A stretch of DNA of 42,211 bases, taken from a virus. Lineage: Duplodnaviria; Caudoviricetes. A program made the position numbers and the translations under genes. The notes beneath the pieces are model-generated. The model saw only the letters and a program-made list of their open reading frames with translations, was not told where the DNA came from and ran no database searches. The DNA lies in IMG/VR virus record IMGVR_UViG_3300037692_000076, positions 1 through 42,211 of that record. One strand, given 5' to 3'. Positions 16,844 through 25,462 of the stretch are shown piece by piece (the stretch's first letter is position 1; each line of letters opens with the position of its first letter).

Positions 16844-19479
16844 CGATTCATGTATTTTTTAGACCAGTTTACTTTTATGTTAGCCCTCTTTGTGCTGTAT
16901 TCTAAACCCCTTTCGGTTAAATTGGTTTCGTTCACTGGCCTATTGATAATGGCTTTTCGGGTTAACCTGTGCTCGATTATCAATTCATTGAACTTTTCAA
17001 CAGATAGGCCGCCTTCATTCATGACCTGTTCAGTAATATGGTTTGGCAAAATGTCAGTTCCTTTTGGCAAGTTCATTAAAGTGGATTCTCCCGGGCTTAA
17101 AAATGCTTTCCCTGTTGGCAATATTCCGATTTCCCGGCCAGCATCTCCTACGATAGCAGCCCCGCCTTCGAAGTCTTTTACACCTTTGGCAAATTTAGGA
17201 ATAGGACGATTGGCAACAATACCGGCCTGAACTCCGCCTAATATACCTAATGCGATTTGAAATGGTATGGCAGCAGGGTAACCTATTGTTGCCCCTGTTT
17301 TTATAATCGCTTGCGCAGTTCCAATAATAATGTTAAATATAGCGTTCAATTTAGCTTGTTGTGCTTCTTTTCGCTGAACCTCTTTTCGCTTTCTATCGAA
17401 TTGGCTTCGAATTCTATCTTGCATAACCTCATTGCCTTTGTACATCTCTAGTTTTGCAGCTTCCGCATTGTCAATGGATATCATTTCATTATTACGTAAT
17501 TCATCCCCAATAGAAAATACTTGCTGTGACATTGTCATTAACGCATCGGCAACCCCTTGGCGAACCTTCAATTGTTCCTCCGATGCCTTTCTAATTATTT
17601 CAAGTCGTTTTTCTTCCTCTTCCTCTAGGTTTTCGGTAACACCTGAATTAAGTTCATTATTTAATTCTTTATACTCGTCTGATATTTTAGTCTGCTCTGC
17701 TAATATATATGCATCTGTTTCTGCATTAGCCTCAATTAACATTTGCCCATGTGTCTTTTGCAATGCTAATTGTGCATCGAGAAGTTTACCAGTAAGTTCT
17801 AATTTTTTCTCATCCGAAATCTCTGAAATGGCTAATTGCCTTTGTGTGGTGTCTATTTGAATCTCAATTAGTCTGGCCGCAAAGGTTAGTTCGTCTATTT
17901 CCTTCTTTAATAGTAGCGCTTTATTGGCCTGTATTTGCTTTTCTGCATCTGTTTCAATTGCAGCTAAGTTATCCTGTAAAGCTTGTAATTTTCTTGCTTT
18001 TGCTTCCTCTGCATCTTTCTTTTCCTGCTCTGAAATTTCTTTGTTAAACTGTTGTAATTTAACCTGTGAGCGCCTCGTTTCCTCATCATATTGGGCGCGT
18101 GCTTCATTTAATTTCACTTGTGTATCGGTTACTTTTTGAAGCATTGCATCGTTGGTGGATTGGTATTTGGATTGAATTTCCCCGGCTTTTTTACCTTCCT
18201 CTCCAAATGCTTTTATAGCTGCATTAGCCTTATTCTGCCTGATTACATTCGCGTCAATTAAATCACCTATGAATAGTGAACCTGTCTGCAATAGTCTCTG
18301 TTGTTCAATTTCTGCTGCTTTCTGCTCTTTTATAGCTGCATTGTATTGCTTACCAAGTTCTAGAATTTCTTTTTGTGAATCATATTCATTTGCTAATTGA
18401 AGTATTTTTTCTTTAGATAATCCTATCGCTACAGATGCGTTTGTGATCTCTGCATCGTTTGCAATTTCTAATAATTCAATTCGTTTATCTGATAAACCTT
18501 TTTCTAATGCCAATAATTCGGTAAGTATGGATTTTCTCTCTGCTGTTGTTTTATTCACATCTCGATAAGCAACATCGAGTTCAGCTATCTTGATATTCGC
18601 TTCGGATTGTTCAGCAGAAAAAGACCTATTCCGGTCGCCAAGTTCATCTATTGCTTCTGCATATTGACCAGCCGCAGCCATTACTTCTTTAAATCTTGCT
18701 CCAAAATCTTTCCAATCGCCTGTAGCTATCGACCGAAAGAAGAAATCTACCCCAGCCTTAGCTTGAATCATTGTCTTTTCGAATCCGTCTGCAAGTGTTT
18801 GAGTAGATTGCATTACTCCATTGAATGCCTTAACAGCAATAGCCCCAGCGCCTAATGCAAGGCCAAACGCGCCTAAAATTCCTTTAACTCCATTTATTGC
18901 AGTTCCGTAATTTCCAATGTTTTGTTTCTGCTTTCCTGCCGCATCGGAATTTAGATTAATTGTTTTAGTATTATTATCAATTTCTTTATTAAGTGCCGCA
19001 ATTTTTGCCCTACCATCTTTTGTAATAGTGGAGAATTTATTCCGCTCGGAAATAAGCCTTTTATTTGCAGCAACGAGCCTATCAATAGAGCCTTCCTCTG
19101 TTTTACTTAGTTTTATTTCTTCCTTAATTTGAGCGTTTTTTTCTTGTAAAAGCGCCTTACCTTTTTGTAATGTCTTATTTCTAGATTCTTCTGAAACCAA
19201 AACTTTTGCTAAAACCTTTTTAGTTTCTTCCTGAATTTTTATTCTCTCCTTTTCGAGATTAGAAAGGTTATTTGTATTATCCGTAACCTCCTTAACGCTC
19301 TTGGCAGCCTTACTCTGACTGGTAGCATTTTCCTTAATAGCTTTATTTACGGCCTCGGAAACCTTTAGTATATCATTAAAAGATTTTACAAGAGCCTCAA
19401 CTCCTTTGTTTAATTCCGAAAGGTCTTTTTTCAGTGGGTCTGTCTCAATCCACTCGTTAAGCTTTATTACTTCGCCCAT
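16840..19479 (-). CDS. Tail tape measure protein
   Basis: Long helical Ala/Lys/Glu-rich protein, NIGNY motif, hydrophobic segments, C-terminal FAKG...AIVGDAGRE. Confidence 0.85.
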   Translation of the reverse strand: MGEVIKLNEWIETDPLKKDLSELNKGVEALVKSFNDILKVSEAVNKAIKENATSQSKAAKSVKEVTDNTNNLSNLEKERIKIQEETKKVLAKVLVSEESRNKTLQKGKALLQEKNAQIKEEIKLSKTEEGSIDRLVAANKRLISERNKFSTITKDGRAKIAALNKEIDNNTKTINLNSDAAGKQKQNIGNYGTAINGVKGILGAFGLALGAGAIAVKAFNGVMQSTQTLADGFEKTMIQAKAGVDFFFRSIATGDWKDFGARFKEVMAAAGQYAEAIDELGDRNRSFSAEQSEANIKIAELDVAYRDVNKTTAERKSILTELLALEKGLSDKRIELLEIANDAEITNASVAIGLSKEKILQLANEYDSQKEILELGKQYNAAIKEQKAAEIEQQRLLQTGSLFIGDLIDANVIRQNKANAAIKAFGEEGKKAGEIQSKYQSTNDAMLQKVTDTQVKLNEARAQYDEETRRSQVKLQQFNKEISEQEKKDAEEAKARKLQALQDNLAAIETDAEKQIQANKALLLKKEIDELTFAARLIEIQIDTTQRQLAISEISDEKKLELTGKLLDAQLALQKTHGQMLIEANAETDAYILAEQTKISDEYKELNNELNSGVTENLEEEEEKRLEIIRKASEEQLKVRQGVADALMTMSQQVFSIGDELRNNEMISIDNAEAAKLEMYKGNEVMQDRIRSQFDRKRKEVQRKEAQQAKLNAIFNIIIGTAQAIIKTGATIGYPAAIPFQIALGILGGVQAGIVANRPIPKFAKGVKDFEGGAAIVGDAGREIGILPTGKAFLSPGESTLMNLPKGTDILPNHITEQVMNEGGLSVEKFNELIIEHRLTRKAIINRPVNETNLTERGLEYSTKRANIKVNWSKKYMNR

Positions 19480-20113
19480 GTTTTCTTTTCAGGTTAGCAA
19501 TGTGTTTTTTTGCTTCTTTATTCCAATACAACCATTCGGTTACTGTTAATTTGTCTTTATCAAGCGGTCTATCGAGTAAATTTGAGAGCCAAACAATGGC
19601 AGCAATGTAGTAGTTCTCATCGGATTTTGTTTTCGGCTTGCCTTGCGACCGTTCCAGTTCAGCGATTTTTAACCTAGTTTCCTTTTTAATTACTATAGAC
19701 CTTGCTTTCTGAACATTTTCAGTGGTTAATCTTTCGAAACCGAAGTACTTACACCCAGTTGCATCGCCCAATAACATCAGGCTATAGGCTGCCTTTAGCA
19801 TGTTTAGTTCGTTAATTTCAATTATATCGGCATTCAAATCAAGTATACTATTTTTAAATGTAGATTCTCCGTTAATCTTATCGTACTGGTTGCAAAGCGC
19901 ATCCCAAACAGGTGCAAGATATTCGTAATCGTAAGCCTCCGGGAGTTCATCGCATTTCAGCAAGTACCGATAATCATTGTTGTGATCTAAAACAGCAAAG
20001 AATCTCCAAGCCGGAAGGAAATCGCAACTATTCCAATGAGGTAGTAGAATCTTCGCTTTCGGCTTCGGCTTTGGCTTTCTTCTTATAAATCGGGGCAATA
20101 GTTTCTGGAACAT
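19457..20113 (-). CDS. Hypothetical protein, possible tail assembly chaperone
   Basis: Directly upstream of the tape measure gene; LTVTEW C-terminal pattern; start uncertain. Confidence 0.55.
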   Translation of the reverse strand: MFQKLLPRFIRRKPKPKPKAKILLPHWNSCDFLPAWRFFAVLDHNNDYRYLLKCDELPEAYDYEYLAPVWDALCNQYDKINGESTFKNSILDLNADIIEINELNMLKAAYSLMLLGDATGCKYFGFERLTTENVQKARSIVIKKETRLKIAELERSQGKPKTKSDENYYIAAIVWLSNLLDRPLDKDKLTVTEWLYWNKEAKKHIANLKRKHGRSNKA

Positions 20114-20255
20114 AGGCAATTGTCTGAATAAATTTAGTAGGTCGTTTGCTTTTTACATCAAATTTATACCCGTTATACACAGGCCAAATTACTACATCTT
20201 CCTTTGCCTGTTGTGCTAGTTGTTTTCCTCTTACCTTACAGTCGTGTAATGTCAT
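20028..20255 (-). CDS. Small hypothetical protein
   Basis: Fills the gap and overlaps both neighbours. Confidence 0.5.
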   Translation of the reverse strand: MTLHDCKVRGKQLAQQAKEDVVIWPVYNGYKFDVKSKRPTKFIQTIAYVPETIAPIYKKKAKAEAESEDSTTSLE

Positions 20256-20676
20256 TTTTTATAGTTTCTTGGATGTCTGGTATTACTATCTCTCCTAATA
20301 CCGGGATATTATTCGGCATAATACCGTAAATCCCGTCATATTTCATTTGTAGATCGGTTGCCTTTTTGTCATTCGAATCAATATACAGCCCGTCATTTCT
20401 TTCCTCTGTGTAAAAGCCTTTGTAAAAATTGCCTTCGTTATGCAAATCAGGGGTATACAAATCGGCTTTACCTCCTAAAGATATTTTTTCCTGTGCATAT
20501 CCTTCATCTGATAATTCAGGGCTTAACGAAATACCATCCTTACTCAAACCTTCCTCTAGTTGTGAAGTGTTCAGGTCGATAATCTCATCAGAATGTGAGG
20601 CCATCGCCTGAACACAAATTTTATCAAGGCTGTTTTGAATACTCGTTATATTCCGTTGTAAATCATCGAAAATCAC
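20236..20676 (-). CDS. Putative tail completion/neck protein
   Basis: QLEEG..DG, DLHNEGNFY and KY.GIYG motifs; position in the tail module. Confidence 0.6.
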   Translation of the reverse strand: MIFDDLQRNITSIQNSLDKICVQAMASHSDEIIDLNTSQLEEGLSKDGISLSPELSDEGYAQEKISLGGKADLYTPDLHNEGNFYKGFYTEERNDGLYIDSNDKKATDLQMKYDGIYGIMPNNIPVLGEIVIPDIQETIKNDITRL

Positions 20677-21572
20677 TACGCAGTGGCCAGTGTAAGTATA
20701 TCAGACTGAAACAAATCGGCAGCCGTTGCGATTACCTGAACAGTACCGGCAGTAATATCTACGCCTGTAACAGTATAGCGACCGGGAATAGTAGTGCTTT
20801 CAACAGCCGTAACAGTTTCAACCGCTCCCCCCTGATCGATTACTTTCCAGTTTCCGGCAGTGGTTAGATCGGTTATAGGGATGCTAACAGCCGTACCGTC
20901 CGGGCTAAATTGCTGCGATGGTTTGTAAGCAACGTCTACCACAAAGGCAAATGTTGCAACTGTACCAACTTGTGTAAGAGTTACCAAAGTAGCTGGTTTA
21001 ATAGTCGTTGCAGCACGCCATACAGGGCTAACATATACGCCTTTTTTGTCGAGTTCTTCTGCATCTAGGTACTGAAATTCGATAGGGGTAAATTCTGGGT
21101 CTGCATCTGTTGCCGGCATTTGTTTGCCTACGTGGAAATAATCCAATTGAATACCAGTAATTGTTAAATCATCGTTCTTTATACCAAGAATGTTATTATT
21201 CCTGTCAACGATGAATAAATCCCATTTCTTGTTGTTATAAGTCCGGGCTATTTTGTGCTGATCTTTGGTAAGAGAGAAAAGAACTCTCATTCCGGGAATT
21301 CCTTCGCCCAAAAATAGTTTCTTGCCTATTCCGGTAGTGTGAATTCTATCTTCGGAACTCTGCGCTTCGTATGAATCAGCTTCCATAATTGGGAAAAGAG
21401 AACCTGCTGCAATACCTGCAAGAACCTCGGCACTGTCTGCAAAGTCCTCTCCATCTGTAAACGAAAACCCTCTTTTCGCAAGTAGTAATCCTTGTGGTAC
21501 GGTTATAGGCGATAGTTGCTCACATGGTGCCCCTATCCCGTAAACTGCATTTAAACATAATAATTCAGCCAT
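20676..21572 (-). CDS. Major tail tube protein with C-terminal Ig-like domain
   Basis: Position and size; paralogous to the N-terminus of 21592..23448. Confidence 0.7.
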   Translation of the reverse strand: MAELLCLNAVYGIGAPCEQLSPITVPQGLLLAKRGFSFTDGEDFADSAEVLAGIAAGSLFPIMEADSYEAQSSEDRIHTTGIGKKLFLGEGIPGMRVLFSLTKDQHKIARTYNNKKWDLFIVDRNNNILGIKNDDLTITGIQLDYFHVGKQMPATDADPEFTPIEFQYLDAEELDKKGVYVSPVWRAATTIKPATLVTLTQVGTVATFAFVVDVAYKPSQQFSPDGTAVSIPITDLTTAGNWKVIDQGGAVETVTAVESTTIPGRYTVTGVDITAGTVQVIATAADLFQSDILTLATA

Positions 21573-21591
21573 GATATTTATTTATTAATTG

Positions 21592-23448
21592 TTAAACTTC
21601 GATTAGTTCTATACTGTTTATTATAAGTGTGGCATTATATTTTGAGAATAGCATTCTAATATCAAGCATACCCAAACCTCCCGCAACAAATGTCGATTCA
21701 AACGTGCTAGGGTATGACAACCCTATAGTATCTAAAGGATGATTTACTAATTGGTTTTCAAAATCAGTTACATAAAGTGAAACAAATCTATCTGCACCAC
21801 TTCCAAAATTGGTAGCATACCATTTAATCCTTAATTTGTATGTCGAGCCTATATTTATATTTGCAAATGTGCCAATACCCATTGGGTTACTATTGGCTAC
21901 AATTTTCTTTACATATTGATTCATGCCTGATAACCCTGTCGCTGTCTTAACTTCGAAAAGTATACCGTCTACAGTCTGACTTGGTTTGAAGAAATCGGCC
22001 AATCCGTTCTCATCGGTATCAACAAAATCAGTTGTGCCAACACCTTTACCATTTAGAATTAATGCCTGTGTTGAGTAGTCGTAATTTGAAGCCCCGGCAT
22101 ATACACCTTGGCTCATCGTTAATACTCCTTTAACCCTGCCTATAACAAGCATGGAATATACGCCTGTTGTTTCTGCGAAGCTTGATTTTGAAAGCGTTCC
22201 GTTTACCTCATCGGTAAAAGTAAATGCTGCAATGAGTAAATCTTCTACAAGGTTATCGGTTATTACCTCTCTTACTTCGAATTTTACGGAATATATGTCG
22301 TTTGCCGTTGTGCCGTTTAGTTCGAAATTACTTGCGTATACATCAATGATTGCAAAATATTCATCGGTTCCGGTCACCACACTGTCATCTACAGAAATAT
22401 CTCCACTTGTTAAATCTGTTGTAGTTATTATTTCATAACGTCCGGACGAAACCTCATCGACACTCGTTATAGTTACTGCACCATTTGTATTGTCTGTCAT
22501 TGTGAAGTCTGCAAGTACTAACCCTGTGTATGGTGTGCCACTAACTGAATAGTTAATGTCAACTTTGAATTTACGAATAGTTTCAAAGGCATAATTACTA
22601 AACGTCACTGTTACCTCTGTTACAATGTATTGGGCAACCGAATAATATTGGTTTGTATCAAGTATCAGATTGCCGGTATTTAATTGGCCGGATGCAACAA
22701 GTAAGTATTCACCGAATGCTATTTCAGTAAGGCTTGTAATTGTTAAACTTGCTAAATCATCATCGAGCGAAAAATCTTCGGCCGTTAGTCCGCTTATCTC
22801 AATTCCGAACTGGCTATCCACTACGGTAAATTGTAGTGTTGTACTTGTTTCACCTATAATTGTCATATCGCAAAAGATGAGGTTTATATCCGTTGGCCTA
22901 AAATCAGTTGCTCCAATAGCCCCGTTTATATCAAACTCATCTGGCTCCAACAGGTTTAACTTTATTTGTGTCCAAGCAACGTCCTTTCCAAATGTCTTTT
23001 TTTCAATTGCTAATAGCTCAACCGTTAACCCATGTATTGCACTACCTAAATAAGTGCCGTATACGTTATTATTCACATCTTGAAAGAACACTTTGCAAGG
23101 TGCTTCGGACAATGTTTGAATCAATTGATGGTAATCGAGGCGATACTTCGACCGGAATAAAAATTTGTACTTTCCTTTGTATATCTGTATTTCAATGTCC
23201 TGATCGTCTGTGTTATAAATTGCCTCTTCGGAATTGTTATCGATTTCCTGTAAGTCTAGCAATTGCATCAATGATTTAGATTTCATTCCTGTATTCCAAC
23301 TTGCAGTAGAAACAAATGCAGCATCATTGGCAAAGGAATAATCATCGAATGATATGTACATAGCAACTATCTGATCGAAGTTGTTTTCGTTCTTGCATGG
23401 GTAACCAGTACCTTTTTTGCTATGTTCGAATTGGCCTATCATGGACAA
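21592..23448 (-). CDS. Tail-tube paralog extended with repeated Ig-like domains and a C-terminal beta-sandwich
   Basis: FFQDVNNNVYG aligns with FIVDRNNNILG of the tube protein; three GL...DF...D repeats. Confidence 0.65.
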   Translation of the reverse strand: MSMIGQFEHSKKGTGYPCKNENNFDQIVAMYISFDDYSFANDAAFVSTASWNTGMKSKSLMQLLDLQEIDNNSEEAIYNTDDQDIEIQIYKGKYKFLFRSKYRLDYHQLIQTLSEAPCKVFFQDVNNNVYGTYLGSAIHGLTVELLAIEKKTFGKDVAWTQIKLNLLEPDEFDINGAIGATDFRPTDINLIFCDMTIIGETSTTLQFTVVDSQFGIEISGLTAEDFSLDDDLASLTITSLTEIAFGEYLLVASGQLNTGNLILDTNQYYSVAQYIVTEVTVTFSNYAFETIRKFKVDINYSVSGTPYTGLVLADFTMTDNTNGAVTITSVDEVSSGRYEIITTTDLTSGDISVDDSVVTGTDEYFAIIDVYASNFELNGTTANDIYSVKFEVREVITDNLVEDLLIAAFTFTDEVNGTLSKSSFAETTGVYSMLVIGRVKGVLTMSQGVYAGASNYDYSTQALILNGKGVGTTDFVDTDENGLADFFKPSQTVDGILFEVKTATGLSGMNQYVKKIVANSNPMGIGTFANINIGSTYKLRIKWYATNFGSGADRFVSLYVTDFENQLVNHPLDTIGLSYPSTFESTFVAGGLGMLDIRMLFSKYNATLIINSIELIEV

Positions 23449-23978
23449 ATTATTTGAGAAAATATTTTCAAGTCTGTAAATTGTATGTCGATACCATCAA
23501 CATAATCTGAATAGCTTAACCCTGCGCTTTGGCTTGTTGGGTTGCCGTCCCAAATTGTGATATCGTGAATGATATTTCGTTTCTGCGATTCTAAAAAGTT
23601 CGGGTTGTTGGCAATTTCTTCGAGTAGTAATTCATAAATCGGGTATAGTACTGGCTTAACACTATTGGTGTATCTGTCACCTGTTCTAAAGTCCTGATCG
23701 GATTCAGTTATGATGGCAACCTTTGGCGATACCTCGAATTGTAAATTTTTTGCCCTTCCTCGTTTCTCTGTAAAGTTCGTAAACAAAACAATGAGAGGGT
23801 ATTTTTTCCATTTGTATTCGTCACTCTCATCCTTTTCCTGTAGTAGTTGGATTATTTCAAGCGGACGGCCTTTGAGGAAATAAGGGGCTTCTTTAGGGTC
23901 GTTTACTGTGTCGTATATCGTGCGAATATTATTCACGACCTCTTCAAACACATCAACGAAGTACCTTTTATCGGCCAT
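23439..23978 (-). CDS. Putative tail terminator/neck protein
   Basis: Position; KYPLIVL, RY...KPVLYPIY and DYVDGIDI motifs. Confidence 0.6.
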   Translation of the reverse strand: MADKRYFVDVFEEVVNNIRTIYDTVNDPKEAPYFLKGRPLEIIQLLQEKDESDEYKWKKYPLIVLFTNFTEKRGRAKNLQFEVSPKVAIITESDQDFRTGDRYTNSVKPVLYPIYELLLEEIANNPNFLESQKRNIIHDITIWDGNPTSQSAGLSYSDYVDGIDIQFTDLKIFSQIICP

Positions 23979-24123
23979 TTTTCAATTTCTTTAATGCTTT
24001 TCTGAACTTCATATCAGTTCGGTATGATTTCCATTCGCTTATAATCATTGGTATAAATAGATATAGGAAACCAACCATTGTTAATATTATACCTATAAGC
24101 GCTATTACTATCACTATTTTCAT
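23968..24123 (-). CDS. Small single-TM protein (51 aa, MKIVIVIALIGIILTMVGFLYLFIPMII...), not in ORF track
   Basis: Hand-translated; ATGA overlap with the upstream gene. Confidence 0.6.
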   Translation of the reverse strand: MKIVIVIALIGIILTMVGFLYLFIPMIISEWKSYRTDMKFRKALKKLKNGR

Positions 24124-24683
24124 AAGTCAAAAGAATTAACTGAACCAATATAAGTGCATCTCCACGTAGGATAAATCTCTATATTTTGATTCATGAAGTA
24201 AAAAAGTGAATTATAGTATGTGTAATTATCAATGTGATAACCTAAATAGCCATGTTCACCGATCAACTCCTTTAATTTGAACCAAGCTAAAGAAACCTTA
24301 TTGGTTATGTCGGCCGGGTCGCTATGTTCGTGCTTTGACTTAATTTCACCGGTTGTGCTGGTATGGCTAACAGAGTGCCGCATGTAATGGTAGTATACAT
24401 AGTAGGCTATAAGGCTTATCTTTTCGGTATTTATAAGACCATTCCATCGGTAAGTAATGTCGTTTTCAATAAACTCTTTGCCTTTGATAATGTCGAGAAT
24501 ATTTTCAGGTGTTGCGGGTTCATCTTCGGGATTATATGCTGCAATAAGAGTGTATATATCCATCCCAAACAAACGTATGAGCAATTCTTTCTCATACCGG
24601 GCAATGAACAAATCGAGGTTATCGTATGTCTTAGCTGGTATTGAAATGTCGCCAACAAAATATGTCTTATCAATTAATGGCAT
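24120..24683 (-). CDS. Head-tail adaptor/connector protein
   Basis: Position after the capsid genes; SLIAYYVYYHY..TTGE motif. Confidence 0.65.
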   Translation of the reverse strand: MPLIDKTYFVGDISIPAKTYDNLDLFIARYEKELLIRLFGMDIYTLIAAYNPEDEPATPENILDIIKGKEFIENDITYRWNGLINTEKISLIAYYVYYHYMRHSVSHTSTTGEIKSKHEHSDPADITNKVSLAWFKLKELIGEHGYLGYHIDNYTYYNSLFYFMNQNIEIYPTWRCTYIGSVNSFDL

Positions 24684-24898
24684 TACTTCTTTTTCTTTAG
24701 GTTTGCAAGGCTCTTCGGGTTCACTTCCTTCTTAGTAAGTTGAGTAGGCTCTTCGGGTTCACTTCCTTCGCTGAATTCCGAAATCCTGATAACAATACCG
24801 GATTGTTTCAAAGGCCAATAAAGAGTGGCCGGAAGCAACGCCTCCGAACCACTTTTATGATCTTCATAATCTTTATTAAATCTTACAACTACGTCCAT
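24683..24898 (-). CDS. Small head-associated hypothetical protein
   Basis: TAATG coupling on both sides. Confidence 0.6.
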   Translation of the reverse strand: MDVVVRFNKDYEDHKSGSEALLPATLYWPLKQSGIVIRISEFSEGSEPEEPTQLTKKEVNPKSLANLKKKK

Positions 24899-25407
24899 TA
24901 CTGTACGGGCTTAATAAGTTTCAACTCTACATTATCAAGTTTTATTCCGGTACCTACAGCATCATTTCCGAGAATTATCATTTCGAGCAACAAGTATCTG
25001 TACTTTGATATAATCACTTCATTATCTGTAGTGTCTTTAAGCGTAGCCATAGATTTGAAAATCGTTTTAACATTGCTGGTAGTAATGGCCGCACTTGTTT
25101 GGGTTGTAATAGAAGCCCATGTATCATCCTCGAACATTTTGCCAAGCAAATTTACCGTTACAGTCGTGTCGGCACCTGCTATTGTATCCATTGTAATTGT
25201 GCCATACCATTCATACGGCCAATCTTTATTAGTCAGAAATGGAATCCTAATAGTGTCCTGCAAAACGCTCAAAGTATCTCGGGCTATGCCTGTGTACTTC
25301 AAATAAGTGCTTTCACCTTTGAAGGTTTGAAGCCCTTTGGTTAATAATTGGGCGTTAAGCGTGAAGCCAAGCATTAACGCAAAGGAAAATAAAATGTATT
25401 TTTTCAT
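24898..25407 (-). CDS. Signal-peptide-bearing beta-rich protein directly after the capsid gene (possible decoration protein)
   Basis: MKKYILFSFALMLGFTLNA-Q N-terminus; Thr-rich beta strands. Confidence 0.65.
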   Translation of the reverse strand: MKKYILFSFALMLGFTLNAQLLTKGLQTFKGESTYLKYTGIARDTLSVLQDTIRIPFLTNKDWPYEWYGTITMDTIAGADTTVTVNLLGKMFEDDTWASITTQTSAAITTSNVKTIFKSMATLKDTTDNEVIISKYRYLLLEMIILGNDAVGTGIKLDNVELKLIKPVQ

Positions 25408-25437
25408 CGATTTGATTTTTAGTAATTAAAGTAAATA

Positions 25438-25458
25438 TGAGGGGAATTTCACCCCTCA
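25438..25458 (-). terminator. Hairpin/terminator after the major capsid gene
   Basis: TGAGGGG-7 nt-CCCCTCA, followed on the minus strand by TATTTACTTT. Confidence 0.6.
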
Positions 25459-25462
25459 ATTG

